Origin: Amphiscolops sp. MND2022
Taxonomy: Eukaryota
Direction: 5' to 3'
Assembly (NCBI GenBank): GCA_964187785.1
Contig: OZ076410.1
Location: forward strand, 11,842,001 to 11,906,000
DNA: 64,000 nt
Under the pieces are notes generated by a model. That model was not told the origin of the DNA. It searched no databases and saw only the letters and a list, made by a program, of their open reading frames with translations. Position numbers and translations under genes: made by a program. This document shows positions 18,828-32,048 of the stretch, one piece after another (position 1 is the stretch's first letter; each line of letters begins with the position of its first letter).

Positions 18828-21800
18828 TGTAGAATTTTGAAAAGTAGCTTTAACAGTCTGTCGAATGCTCCACTACTACTCAATTAAACCGAAGGGTACC
18901 TCTATCCACGAGACAAAGATAGGGCTGAGCATTCACATAAATTTATAACTCTAAAGATAATTTCAGAGGTGGTGGGGTTCTATTGCATCATATAGTGCTG
19001 AATTCCGTTTTATTCTGTTGACTTGCAAAGGGGGTGTCTCGTGTGCTCTCGCTGTTAGAAAACTAATATTTAGAAGAAGACGAATCTTCGCTTTATTAAA
19101 ACATCAATTAATAATAGAGGGTTAATACTTCAATAAGAATGGTAACAACAAAATCCACAGAAATGGTAATATATTTCCAATGGTTTGGGGGTACATATAA
19201 TTTATTAGATACAAAGCAGGTAACGTATCCCGGAGGATAAATGAGTATTCCCGAGGGAAGAATTGAAAGGTGATCAAATTGATCGATGAAAGATTATCTC
19301 AACCCGCCGTACTTTCTCTAACGTTCTTGAAGTGAATTCTCTCTATCTCACTGTCCCGGACTGTATCGTTTCTACGGATTAACTTCCGCTAAAGTCTCTC
19401 TAAGCTAACCCACAGTTAAAGTACTGCTGAACTCAAACTTTCTCTAACCCGAATCTCACGGCGTTAGGAAATAAAACAATCTCGACAAAATCTGGCGAAG
19501 TCCCACTTCCCAATTCTGCAAAGAACGAAATCTCTATTTTCTTGGCTTGACAAAGTAATCAACTGCTCTCTAGCTCTGATATCCCTTTGTGGCCCTCAAA
19601 TATGGCCACTTTTCTTAACTTCAGTTTTCTTCGGTGTTTTAGTCACTTTCGTGACGAGTGGTCAGTCACGTGACTCCGAGTTACTTCGTTATTGTCAGTT
19701 ATTTTTCATTTCTACGGGAATTTTCCTAAGTGATTTAATCATCATCCTTTTCGGTACAATTTTTACGCTCGGTTAAGTGAGTTTATTGAGAATGCCTAGT
19801 TGTTTTCATTCGTAGCCACCTAAGATAAGGGGGTGTGACGTTCTGAGTCAACTTAGATGTCTTAACATCGGATCATTTATCTTCGGTTTTTACTAACTTA
19901 TGTTGTCATCAACTCGTGTGAATGACTCCTCCTATGACTGGCGGAATGTCCCGCTGTAAATAAATCGATTGGAGTGCTCCCTCAATAATTCCAAGGAACG
20001 AAAAAAGCATGTATGCATTTCCTTTAACAATGGCTAATTCTGAGGTTCATTTTCAACTGTTGAAAAATGGGTATTTCCGTGCCTGGGGGCCAAAACTGTT
20101 TATATCTTCTGAAAGGTCTATCCAAGGCCTACAAATTCGTTACTATTCAACATTCATGTATTTCGACTCCTTCGGGTAGAAAAACGGCATCAAAGTGGGA
20201 GTGGTCAAAAACAGTGTCTCCACAAGTCAATTTTTGGGTACTTTCGGGTCAATTTTCTCATCGAGGCTTCGGGAACCAGCCCGGGGGCCTATATACATCG
20301 CTAGTCCATTCAATTGTGAGGATTTGGAGCTATTGGGGGGCATTCTATCATTGTTGGTTAAAAAGTTATTTGCATTTTCCCAAAAAGTGTCATTTTGGCT
20401 ATTTTTGTGTCCTGACCTCCAACTTTGCCCTCGATTTTCTCAACTCCTATTAGGTTTTGGCGGATTTCCTTTTAACACAAGGTGGGCATAGGTCTTAGGA
20501 GTATTGGGTGTAAGTTTGGTCCGGATATCTTCCAAAACGTGCGGGGGGGGGTTAGCGTTTTCATAATCGTGATTTTTGGGAATTTCCCTATGTCTCCATT
20601 TTCTTCGCTGGCGGGGTATTACGGTGAATTCATATTAAGCGTTAATTCTATAGCCATTCCCTCCGCCGACCACCGCCACATCTATGCTGAGCTTGGGGAG
20701 CGTTTTCATTGGTTATTCGTTGAGCAATCGCAACGCACATGCTGAAAATGCCGTTTTTAGGCCAAAAATCGCTGTTTTTACACCATTTCTGATCGAGATC
20801 TCAACACTGGGTAAATATTATCAATTTTCCTTTTTAGGGTAACTGAAGAACTGTTATACCTTCAATTTAAGACTATCCCGAATAATTTTGGTTCACTAGA
20901 CGTTTCATAATTAAGTTTTGCAAAAATCCGAAAAGTCGATTTTTGGTCATTTTCCAAAAGCACTTATTTTCAATGTCATTTTTCACCAACTTGTAATCAT
21001 CCGATTTTAATGCCCTTCCGGACTTAAGCTCTCCTTTGGATGTAGTTTTGAATGGTGAAAACCGTTTGTTTCTATCTTTCACCATCTTCGAGAAATCGCG
21101 TCGCAAACTTTTAGTTGTATTAATCCCACCGGTATAGCGTATAGTGGGTGGCGGCCGTGTAAGGCTGTGTGTATAGTGCCGGCGGCTTTCCAAAATCATT
21201 TCTCGCTTTCACTCGCTTGCTGCTAGTTGAACGCTACTCAATTCACTGCATTTTGACTTGATCTACACTCTTCTATTCATTTTGCATACGTTGTGATTTC
21301 ACTCGTCTTGTATTAATATCTCCATCCTGTTAATATAACTTGTCTTGTTTAATAATAATGACGCGTAAAAGCCGTGATTGTCAGTACAGTTCTGATTTTA
21401 ATACTCGCAGCGTTGATGCTGTTGAACAAATGGATGTCCTTTTCTCTCTTCGTGATTGTCCTGATTTTAATATAATACATTCGGGGTGGCGGCGATTCCC
21501 CGTTTTAACACATGTAAATTTCGCTTCAATTTCCCCTACTGAACCTTGTATCCTTTCCGATGTAAATATTGAGTCTCGTGGCGTACTAAAAGAATTAACC
21601 GAGCTTCCTAGTCTTACTTGGCAACATTTTGAAAATCTCCCCGGTCGTCCTTTAACTGGAATTACGTATGGTCCTGATAACGCCGCTACTCGTCATTTTC
21701 CTTCATCAATTCAAGCGGACATGGACTTTAAAGATTGTTTAACTGCTTCGTGCTTTTCAGATCAACAAGTTACTAGTAGCCTAGCTCTTTTAATTCACGG

Positions 21801-22506
21801 TTCGTGGTTTAGTCCAGCACACGTCGAAGTGGGTGGCGGCGCTGCGTTTTCCTATTTACATACGGGTATTAAACTCTGGTGCGCCGCTACAACAAATACC
21901 TCTTCTCGCCTACTTGAGCGTTGTTATAATGACGTCGCCAGTTTTATTAATCTAGTTCAACGAGGTCCTCGCTCGCGAGAAGCTACATTTTTCACTTTCC
22001 ATCTTCAACGTCCCGGCGACTTAATTTACATTCCTCCTCTGCGCACACACTTAGTACTTACGATGAATAATGTTAAACCGACAGTTCTTTCGGGGTGGGA
22101 CGCTGTTTATACTCGCGATCATTCTATTATTAAAAGGACGCTAGACGAATATGTAATTGGAGTTAGGCGAACGACTTGGCGGAATATTTTACGTGAACAA
22201 GGGAGGGAAGAATTATCTAGATGGGTGTACTCTGCCGCTGCTGGCCCTCAAGAAACAAAAGAATATTTACAAAAGCACTGGTCTTATTGGGAACGGAATT
22301 GTCCGCAGCTTATATCGACGCTATCATTAGATGACGAGTAGATGACGAATACTACGAGCCGCGTCGTCCTTTTAAGCTAAGTTATCTTTCTATTTGTTTA
22401 CGTAATCGATCACCCTTCAATAAGTATAAAATAAATATCAATACAACTAAATAATAAAATTGAGTAACTCATGCATTTTAGATACGTTAAAAGTAAAAAT
22501 CTCACA
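18828..22506 (-). repeat. Element 1 5' LTR (3679 bp)
   Basis: Direct repeat of 4695-8373; adjacent to the PBS. Confidence 0.97.
21358..22341 (+). CDS. Second copy of the LTR-encoded JmjC dioxygenase (5' LTR)
   Basis: Same ORF as 7225-8208 except GAAFSY versus GAAYSY. Confidence 0.85.
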   Translation: MTRKSRDCQYSSDFNTRSVDAVEQMDVLFSLRDCPDFNIIHSGWRRFPVLTHVNFASISPTEPCILSDVNIESRGVLKELTELPSLTWQHFENLPGRPLTGITYGPDNAATRHFPSSIQADMDFKDCLTASCFSDQQVTSSLALLIHGSWFSPAHVEVGGGAAFSYLHTGIKLWCAATTNTSSRLLERCYNDVASFINLVQRGPRSREATFFTFHLQRPGDLIYIPPLRTHLVLTMNNVKPTVLSGWDAVYTRDHSIIKRTLDEYVIGVRRTTWRNILREQGREELSRWVYSAAAGPQETKEYLQKHWSYWERNCPQLISTLSLDDE

Positions 22507-22766
22507 CAGACCTTTCAAACGCGCTATTGTTCAATTTTTTGGAATGCGTCGTTGTGGAGATATTATTGATTGAAAATTCTAAATATGATTTTTCGAAAAT
22601 TTGCAAAAACGCCCAGGTCAATTAGGATTAATTTACACCGATGCACATAAGTTTTCATTACTACAAAGTAATGACACAATTGTATCACATCAATGAAACA
22701 TGAACCTGGCTTTGGAGGCAGTTTTCATAGATTTGAAGAAACTGGGCCACGAATGAAACTATTGTG

Positions 22767-22862
22767 AACTACTGTACTTATCCTTATCCTCATTATGTAA
22801 TTGCTGACGAAACAACTACTGTACTTATCCTTATCCTCATTATGTAATTGCTGACGAAACAA
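22767..22862. repeat. 47-bp tandem duplication
   Basis: aactactgtacttatccttatcctcattatgtaattgctgacgaaac x2, next to the exon 12 donor. Confidence 0.85.
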
Positions 22863-22879
22863 GTGAGAGTGAGACTCAC

Positions 22880-23012
22880 AGCGTAGACACCACGCACCAC
22901 CCAGCCGTTGTATGCCTTCAGCGTCTTGCTGTAGGAGTGGGCAGCGGCGGTGGAGAGAGACACTTCTCCGGTGAGAATCTCCGTCAAAAACTCCCGCATG
23001 AAACTCAGATCT
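22880..23012 (-). CDS. PLEKHA8: FAPP2-like exon 12 (GLTP domain)
   Basis: ttttag|A, GCT|gtgagt; DLSFMREFLTEILTGE...YSKTLKAYNGWVVRGVYA versus human GLKFLKGFLTEVKNGE...YGKTLRQHHGWVVRGVFA. Confidence 0.9.
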
Positions 23013-23028
23013 CTAAAACATACACGAC

Positions 23029-23513
23029 CAGGGATGTAAAAAATATATTGTATTTGAATATATTGACAATAAATTGAAAATGCATTCATTATTTTTAGTT
23101 TTGTACAATACAATATACTTTTTGTTCACATGTACTTGTTTTGCGCCAATATATTTTGATAGTCATTTTAATGTTGGCTTAATAATACACAAATGTATTA
23201 TGAAATGTATTACACGCGAAATGCACGAAACTCAATTCAATTTCTCGGCCAACTGTTGTAAAGTAATTAGATTTAGTTACTAGTCGTGTAGAAAAATCGA
23301 TTCAGTAAGCAAGTATTTTTTAATGGTTAGATATACAGTCCAAGAAGTGTACAAATGAAGTATTTGTTCGAACAAAATATTTTTTCGAACAAAATATTTT
23401 TTCCTCGAACAATATTGGACAATATATTCAATATATTCATTGTTAGCCAGCAACTGTTAAATACATTTATTATTTTGAAAAACCATATTCATATACAATA
23501 TTTCACATCCCTG
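23029..23513. mobile_element. hAT-family MITE (copy at 25319-25803; related copy ~34901-35769)
   Basis: TIR cagggatgt...acatccctg; 8-bp TSD TACACGAC. Confidence 0.85.
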
Positions 23514-23547
23514 TACACGACCACTAGTAGGAGGTACAGGGTTGTGC

Positions 23548-23943
23548 TAGGGCTGTGCAATTATCATTTTTTTGAGTTCGGTCGGCTATCGGTCGGTCAT
23601 TTTTTTTGAAAAATGTGAACAAAATAGTAAATTTCAACTTCATTTTTAAGCAATTTTCTTATAGCAACTTCTCATTAAAACAAGTTCGCGGAAAGTTTCT
23701 GGGCTTAGAGGTTCTCTTTGTGTAGTGATAAAGTTGCCTCAATCAGACCAATGTCGTCCACTAGGAACTGCTGTAGCTGGTATTCCAAGTAAAAACTGAG
23801 CTTTTACACTTAAAACAGGGAATACTTGTCTTTTTTTGGTCGAACGAATTACCCGAAGTCGGTTATCCAATAAGTCGGTCGGTTTCGGTGATTGACAACT
23901 TCGGTCGGTTAATCGAGTTCGGTCGATTAATTGCACAGCCCTA
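23548..23943. mobile_element. hAT-family MITE (copy at 25838-26233)
   Basis: TIR tagggctgtgcaatta...taattgcacagcccta; 8-bp TSD GGTTGTGC. Confidence 0.88.
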
Positions 23944-26900
23944 GGTTGTGCATTATTGCATTGTCAATAACACTGTTCACATAACTATTATCATTGCTTA
24001 AAAAAATCGGATATAGCGCAATACACTTCGGATATGACGTCAAAAATTCGGGTATATTTAGGTATTTGCAGTTTTTGAAGAACTATTTTAGTAAAGTCGT
24101 GTGCATAGAAAAAAACGACGAAAAACCACTAATAGTCGAGCTTTTCATTTTCAATAAAGCGTCGACTAAAAAGGCAATGAACAATGCTATAATTGAAATT
24201 ATTGTAAACCACGAGTGAGGGTTGTTGAACAATCCAAGATTTAGAAAAAAACACTTTTGACCTTTGTTACTAAAACTATGATAGATTCAGTAAAAAAGTA
24301 TTGTACAAAGACAATAAATAAACAATATTGAGGTTAAAATTTTAAAAAACACCCATTACAGGTATAATCTACAGTAGGGTTCTAAAGATCGCGACTCCAT
24401 TACTCAAAATGACAAAATTCAATAACGAGTATCTCGCAAACTGTCACAAATAGAAACATTTAGTCAGCAACACGTTTCACAGAATGTTCAATTTACAAAA
24501 TTATTTGTTTGAAATCTCTACGACGCTATTGAAAAATTGAGAAAGTTGGAAATTGCAATTTTTACGAAATCATAATGGAATTTTGAGGTTTTTTCGAAAA
24601 TCGAGTAGCTTATAATCAAAACTTTCCGAAAATTATTCATTCGGAGACTCCTTATAATCTCCGCAACCAACTGAATTGTCCTGATTCAAATCCTACGAAA
24701 AATCCTTAAAAAAACTTTCATGGCTGACAATTTTTTGTATTTCTGGCAGTTTGGATTTGAAATTCGCTCTTTTGAGCAAGGAGTTGTGATATTTTAGAAC
24801 GCTACTGTTAGAAGTTTTAATCAGTATTCAAATCGAAGGACCACAATTGTAGCAGTTTTGACACCGCTAATCAGCAATTTAGCGAAATAGCGGCCGCGCA
24901 AAAATTTTCAGCGATTCAAATAGCGGCAACTAGTAGATTGTCCATATTCAAAACTTCATCTGAGTACATATGCAGTTCAAAATAAATTTCGAAAAACTTT
25001 TACCCTCGTAAAACCCACGTAGTATCAAAAAAGTATAGTGTTTCTCTTGCAAAAGCCAAATGAGGTTATCGTTTATATTTGAAACATTCTTGTTTCCAAA
25101 CATGTAATAGTTTGCAGGAAAAGCTTTAGAGCGATATAGCGATTTTGAAATCAGAGGTTTAGCGATTAGCGAAGAAATTAGCGATGTCAAAATCCTGCAT
25201 TGTAGTAATAATTGCTCACAGGGGACCATCATTGCAGTCATTTGGAGTCGACAATCAAAAAGGAAATAGGAAAATACCAAACTGTAGTAAATGAATTTGG
25301 CCCCTGATTTTACACGACCAGGGATGTAAAAAATATATTGTATTTGAATATATTGACAATAAATTGAAAATGCATTCATTATTTTTAGTTTTGTACAATA
25401 CAATATACTTTTTGTTCACATGTACTTGTTTTGCGCCAATATATTTTGATAGTCATTTTAATGTTGGCTTAATAATACACAAATGTATTATGAAATGTAT
25501 TACACGCGAAATGCACGAAACTCAATTCAATTTCTCGGCCAACTGTTGTAAAGTAATTAGATTTAGTTACTAGTCGTGTAGAAAAATCGATTCAGTAAGC
25601 AAGTATTTTTTAATGGTTAGATATACAGTCCAAGAAGTGTACAAATGAAGTATTTGTTCGAACAAAATATTTTTTCGAACAAAATATTTTTTCCTCGAAC
25701 AATATTGGACAATATATTCAATATATTCATTGTTAGCCAGCAACTGTTAAATACATTTATTATTTTGAAAAACCATATTCATATACAATATTTCACATCC
25801 CTGTACACGACCACTAGTAGGAGGTACAGGGTTGTGCTAGGGCTGTGCAATTATCATTTTTTTGAGTTCGGTCGGCTATCGGTCGGTCATTTTTTTTGAA
25901 AAATGTGAACAAAATAGTAAATTTCAACTTCATTTTTAAGCAATTTTCTTATAGCAACTTCTCATTAAAACAAGTTCGCGGAAAGTTTCTGGGCTTAGAG
26001 GTTCTCTTTGTGTAGTGATAAAGTTGCCTCAATCAGACCAATGTCGTCCACTAGGAACTGCTGTAGCTGGTATTCCAAGTAAAAACTGAGCTTTTACACT
26101 TAAAACAGGGAATACTTGTCTTTTTTTGGTCGAACGAATTACCCGAAGTCGGTTATCCAATAAGTCGGTCGGTTTCGGTGATTGACAACTTCGGTCGGTT
26201 AATCGAGTTCGGTCGATTAATTGCACAGCCCTAGGTTGTGCATTATTGCATTGTCAATAACACTGTTCACATAACTATTATCATTGCTTAAAAAAATCGG
26301 ATATAGCGCAATACACTTCGGATATGACGTCAAAAATTCGGGTATATTTAGGTATTTGCAGTTTTTGAAGAACTATTTTAGTAAAGTCGTGTGCATAGAA
26401 AAAAACGACGAAAAACCACTAATAGTCGAGCTTTTCATTTTCAATAAAGCGTCGACTAAAAAGGCAATGAACAATGCTATAATTGAAATTATTGTAAACC
26501 ACGAGTGAGGGTTGTTGAACAATCCAAGATTTAGAAAAAAACACTTTTGACCTTTGTTACTAAAACTATGATAGATTCAGTAAAAAAGTATTGTACAAAG
26601 ACAATAAATAAACAATATTGAGGTTAAAATTTTAAAAAACACCCATTACAGGTATAATCTACAGTAGGGTTCTAAAGATCGCGACTCCATTACTCAAAAT
26701 GACAAAATTCAATAACGAGTATCTCGCAAACTGTCACAAATAGAAACATTTAGTCAGCAACACGTTTCACAGAATGTTCAATTTACAAAATTATTTGTTT
26801 GAAATCTCTACGACGCTATTGAAAAATTGAGAAAGTTGGAAATTGCAATTTTTACGAAATCATAATGGAATTTTGAGGTTTTTTCGAAAATCGAGTAGCT

Positions 26901-28032
26901 TATAATCAAAACTTTCCGAAAATTATTCATTCGGAGACTCCTTATAATCTCCGCAACCAACTGAATTGTCCTGATTCAAATCCTACGAAAAATCCTTAAA
27001 AAAACTTTCATGGCTGACAATTTTTTGTATTTCTGGCAGTTTGGATTTGAAATTCGCTCTTTTGAGCAAGGAGTTGTGATATTTTAGAACGCTACTGTTA
27101 GAAGTTTTAATCAGTATTCAAATCGAAGGACCACAATTGTAGCAGTTTTGACACCGCTAATCAGCAATTTAGCGAAATAGCGGCCGCGCAAAAATTTTCA
27201 GCGATTCAAATAGCGGCAACTAGTAGATTGTCCATATTCAAAACTTCATCTGAGTACATATGCAGTTCAAAATAAATTTCGAAAAACTTTTACCCTCGTA
27301 AAACCCACGTAGTATCAAAAAAGTATAGTGTTTCTCTTGCAAAAGCCAAATGAGGTTATCGTTTATATTTGAAACATTCTTGTTTCCAAACATGTAATAG
27401 TTTGCAGGAAAAGCTTTAGAGCGATATAGCGATTTTGAAATCAGAGGTTTAGCGATTAGCGAAGAAATTAGCGATGTCAAAATCCTGCATTGTAGTAATA
27501 ATTGCTCACAGGGGACCATCATTGCAGTCATTTGGAGTCGACAATCAAAAAGGAAATAGGAAAATACCAAACTGTAGTAAATGAATTTGGCCCCTGATTG
27601 TAAAAGATTTAGACTGAAAACAAAAAAAAACTAGAAACCTGACTTATTTTAGAGGTCATCAAAAATGCTCGATCGAATATTATTAAATTTGTGGAAACAC
27701 CTTCAGAATCAGTTTTGCAAACAACTTTATAGCTTGCTAATATCGCTTTCAACAACATGTATTTATCACTAAATCCTGATCTAGGAGCAAGTTTTTGCAT
27801 ATTGATCTCAGAATTTTCAAACAAAAATGTTTTTTTTTGTAATCGGCGTTAAAATTATTAATCATTCAGTTTTTACAGTTTTCTGAAATAACCAGTTCGT
27901 TCAGAAGATTTTGATTTCTTTTATTCTCGAGTCTAGATCAGATCATTTTTACAATCAGGGGTCCAATTCATTTATTACAGTATTGCAGCTGCAGCCCTGA
28001 TATTTTGGTTAATTGCTTGGTCGTTGTCGTAC

Positions 28033-28151
28033 CTGTACAACCAAATGATGCATTGAGTTGATGAATGTTTGGTGGCAGACAGATTCTGCGTCTGTTCGTA
28101 GACTAGCACCTCTTCTATAGTGGAAAAGTCATCGAGCACCATCTGCAGACG
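28033..28151 (-). CDS. PLEKHA8: FAPP2-like exon 11
   Basis: tttgcag|CGT, AG|gtacga; DFSTIEEVLVYE...SSTQCIIWLYR versus human EFTTLQKIVLHE...SATEALLWLKR. Confidence 0.85.
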
Positions 28152-28640
28152 CTGCAAACGAAACGAAACGCTAGCTAATATCTCCAGAATCGGTGAAACC
28201 AACCAACAATGGTAAAGTCAACCAACATGAAAATAAAGTCAGTGGTGATATTCGCAAAAGCAACATGAGGCAAATCTCAAAATCCAAGATCTCTACAACA
28301 GCAGTAATTTTTGAAAAATATCTTCTTCGATTTTTATTTAGTGTAAAAATATGTTTGAAAAATATGCGATGGGCCATTGTAAAAGTTAGGATAGTGCATT
28401 TTTAGCAAAATTTAAGGTACAAATTGAGGTTTTTCTTACTTTTGGTCTACTTCTGCTCAAAATTTTTGAGATATTTCAAATTCAATGGACCCCCGGATCC
28501 TGATTTTACTGAAGCCCCTGATTTGTTTTGATTTACAAATCATTGAAACTTTTTTTGAAAAAGCTGAAAAATTAGGCTTTTTAAAAATAAATGTATTAAG
28601 ATACGATTTTGAAATTTAGATAATGAAATCAATTGATTAC

Positions 28641-28699
28641 CTTTGTGTTCGAGATTATCCCAGACTTGATCGGCGGCAGTATTGTATAATATAACACAT
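28641..28699 (-). CDS. PLEKHA8: FAPP2-like exon 10
   Basis: tttcag|AT, AAG|gtaatc; ILPPIKSGIISNTK versus human VFAPVKMDLVGNIKK. Confidence 0.8.
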
Positions 28700-28785
28700 C
28701 TGAAAGTTTAGAAAAAAAAAGACGTTTTTAGGAGAAAATGTTGCAATTTTCATTCGCTGCTTTTTGAACTAAGTAACTAACTCAC

Positions 28786-28871
28786 CGAAGAACAGAACAA
28801 ATTCGGCACACGCCTTGAGCACATTCCTTAGGGCCAACTCGTGGGTTTCAGATGAGACAGTCGTTTGGAAA
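28786..28871 (-). CDS. PLEKHA8: FAPP2-like exon 9
   Basis: ttttgctag|T, G|gtgagt; VLKACAEFVLFFD resembles GLTP FLEAVSHLPPFFD. Confidence 0.8.
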
Positions 28872-29422
28872 CTAGCAAAAGAAATCATTCAACCAGCTGA
28901 GAAGCAAATAAGCGCGACAAAACGAAATTCATATGGGGGAAATTTCGAAATTTCAAACATCAGATGCGAGCTGAAGTCAACTGAAGCCGGCGGTGTCATT
29001 CTCTTCAATTCATCCCGTTCGTTATTACAGGGTTGGTTGAAAAACATTCAAAAGCATTTTCATACGTGTAAAAGTTTGAGAGCTGAAAACTCAATTCACC
29101 GCATTATCACAAAAAGTAATCAGAAAAGGAAGCTGAATTTAACAAGCTCATACAAAAAGCTCATACAGTTTACGAACTGTCTCAGGTTTCAGTCTATTCC
29201 GAATTTTAGAATGTACTCTCCAGACATGAAAAACACCAGAAAAAAGATTCTGCACAACTGAGAGGTCTGCGAAAATAAAAAATGCCTGGAAAATGGCATT
29301 ATTTTATTAAAACTGTTGCAAAACACTCTGTTTTGAAACGGGCCAACTCTGGTTACTACACTGGATTCCCAACATCGAACTAGCAAAAGTAGAAAGAAGC
29401 AAGTTTATTCGAGTCGACTCAC

Positions 29423-29495
29423 ATTTTTGTGACGGTGGCAAAGAACGTCTTCAAGTGCAGTTCGTTGTCACTGCCAGAGCTGTGTACTGAAGACA
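29423..29495 (-). CDS. PLEKHA8: FAPP2-like exon 8
   Basis: tttcag|TG, AT|gtgagt; LKTFFATV versus human IPTFFSTM. Confidence 0.8.
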
Positions 29496-30479
29496 CTGAA
29501 AGGTAATGCAATAAAATTTCGAAAAGCAAGCCACTGTATAAAGAGTTCAATCTCAAAAACATAGCGACGTTTCTAGGGGAGGGAGGGGGGTCTGAGACTT
29601 TTCTTAGGTTGACATGCGAATCTGGGGGGTTTGAACATGGTTAGGAGTTGGCTTAGCATATAAGGCAAAGGGGTTAATGGGAACCGTTGACATCAGAAAT
29701 GTTCAGTTAGATAATTTTAATGCATTTCTAAAAATTGGATTTTGAGACAGTAGATTGATTCACTCATTGGATAACAAGATTTAATAGGAAATATAGAATA
29801 AACAAAACGACGGTTCGTTGAAATTTTCTTGAGAACCAATCATTTTCCAAAAAATATTGAGATATTTCTAAAAATCTGTGCTCACTAAACCTTGTGCGAG
29901 GCACTAGTTTAGACCAATTGCGGTTTGTTTCATTCTACTGCTCTCTGGAAGTATGGCTAATTATAATGGATTCATCGAATGAATGACTCATTTGAATGAA
30001 CATGACTGAGATCCAGAAAATAGAACGCTAACAAGACGCCTGCTGAGCACGGGATAACTTCCGCCCTGAACTATTTAAGCGAGGACATATTCCTAACACT
30101 CGAGAGTAGTTGAACTGCAAACTTGCAAAAAGTTTTTGAAATGTCGAAACTTTTTGTGACACTTCATTTTTTTTTACTTTAGTAGGTCTCATGAGAAACT
30201 GCTCCTTTTGTTATTTTCTCCGCCAAAAAACTTTTTTCAAGACCATACCACCAATCCAATGACACCTTTTTGTTCATATTATTTTGCGTATTTTGTCGCG
30301 AATAAAATCTTATCCCTACAATTCATTGCTAAGTAGCCGCATTTTTTGTGTTAAGCTCTATGGATGTTCTAACCCGCGGAAATATTTGAAAACTGATCAA
30401 AATTGCACGAAAATGGTCAAAAATTAGGAAATTTTGTTTGGCATTTTTGGCTATTTGGAGCACTTTTTCTAGAAAATAT

Positions 30480-31180
30480 CAACTATACCATTTTTCATCA
30501 AAAACAATGACAAAACTTCAACCAATTTACACACAACTTCGATCACATTGAACCACAGCGATAACGCCATTTGAATTGATCAGAACTTCAACCAAATTCG
30601 ACAAATAGATACATTTTAGTCACATATCGGTTCTTTTGTGAGGCACTTGGGGATGAAGCTCAATGTGTTATTGTACCAAGCTGCACATTTGTCGGGAGTT
30701 ACCACGAAGGCCGAGTTTTCGATAATTCCTTTCATTGGCTGAAACCTATACATCCCTAAGGTGTTCCCACAAGGAGATCGATCCCACATGAAATCCGCCC
30801 TTATTTGATTCAATTTATTCTTGATTTCTGCTTTAAAAGACGAAAAAGCGTTTTCTATCTTAGGAAGAAACAGGCAAAATTTTGGTAGGCCCTTGACTTT
30901 AAGTATACCAGGAATTTATTCTTCAATTTTTGCATGAGCCCTTGCATTGCTGTTAGCGGCATCCACAATTCTTCTTCGATCGTCATTCGGAATTTCTTTG
31001 TACTTGCCATGCTTGAAAACTGCCAACTTAAAGCGGAAACGGCATGAAAAACCGACCAAACTGAGTCTGCTCAATTTGCTTGAAGTTTGATCAAACTGGT
31101 TGAAGTTTGTTCATTTGAAATGAAGACTTCTACTTTTCTTGAAATTTTGACGAATTGAGATGAAAAAGGTATATTTCTCC
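30480..31180 (-). mobile_element. Degenerate Tc1/mariner-like transposon remnant
   Basis: Minus-strand frame with a stop: YKEIPNDDRRRIVDA...FLPKIENAFSSFKAEIK...VTPDKCAAWY...FIPKCL, similar to DDE_3 transposase ends; flanking inverted repeats (aaacttcaacca/tggttgaagttt). Confidence 0.55.
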
Positions 31181-31528
31181 CACAATATTTGATGAATATT
31201 TGAATTCATTTGGTCAGATAAATATAATTAGTATAAACTGAACACAATTAAATGAAAACTGTATTTATTCATTAGTAGACATATCTGACCAGGACGCAGA
31301 AAGGAGCTTTACAGCTCTAGAGTATACGCCCCCAAAAATTAAATACCGAAAAGAAACAAAAGAAAATGAGCTCCAATGAGGAAAGTTACTAGCTAGGAAA
31401 TCTGCAACTTTAGCCAAAAATGGGGTTGAAAGTTGTGTCACTGTCAAGGATGTACAGTTCTTTGAAATTCATTATGAATTTTTTAAACTTTTTTGTCCTT
31501 GTTTTTATCAAATTTAGGCAAAAGAACG

Positions 31529-32048
31529 TTTTTAGTCGGCGCATTTTAGTAGAAAATGTGCCCGACTATTACAGTGGGTAGTTTTTTTTTAGACACGAAA
31601 GGTCCACTTTTTTGTTCATTTGTTCAACAACCTCAAACTTCAACAACTTCAAACCTCAACAACTCCAACCTCAGAAGCGCGTCCAAAACGAAAAAAAAAC
31701 AAAACAGACGTCCACAACCTCGGAAACACACCTTAGCCCCACTTTTTTTGAAGTTTTTTGGATTGCACCAGAGGGTCCCCACTTCATTTGTTTCGATATT
31801 TTGCAACACAATGGATGTCAAAAAATCGCAAAGGGTCCCCCCTTTTACATTTTTCGGCACTGTGACACTGTTCAAAAATCTCATTAAAAATTTTTTTTTG
31901 GGAAATATTTTCATGTCTCCAAGGGGTCCCGCCTTCAATTTTTTTTTAATTTTTTGCAACCAGCTGGAGTTTCACAAAGCCCGAATGGTCCCCCTTTTAA
32001 ATTTTGAGCCTTAGATATGGCGCCGACTTTGGCCGTTCTCGGCTTGTT
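31529..32048 (+). mobile_element. Helentron/HINE-like repeat
   Basis: ttttagtcggcgc...gcgccgact subterminal inverted repeat, then a gccg-ttct-cggc hairpin and ttgtt. Confidence 0.6.

Larger units (their letters stand above)
4695..22506 (-). mobile_element. Element 1: full-length env-bearing Ty3/Gypsy LTR retroelement (17.8 kb) in FAPP2 intron 12
   Basis: TG...CA LTRs 4695-8373 and 18828-22506; 5-bp TSD CAGAC (4690-4694, 22507-22511); PBS, PPT, and uninterrupted gag, pol (PR-RT-RH-IN) and env frames. Confidence 0.97.
23021..27599. repeat. 2290-bp head-to-tail tandem duplication in FAPP2 intron 11
   Basis: Units 23021-25310 and 25311-27599; the ORF track repeats at offset 2290; no differences noticed. 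Confidence 0.92.

Noticed and set aside
23074-27570. Repeated 65-150 aa ORFs in the 2290-bp duplication
   Set aside because: AT-rich MITE-derived sequence with no protein-like motifs.
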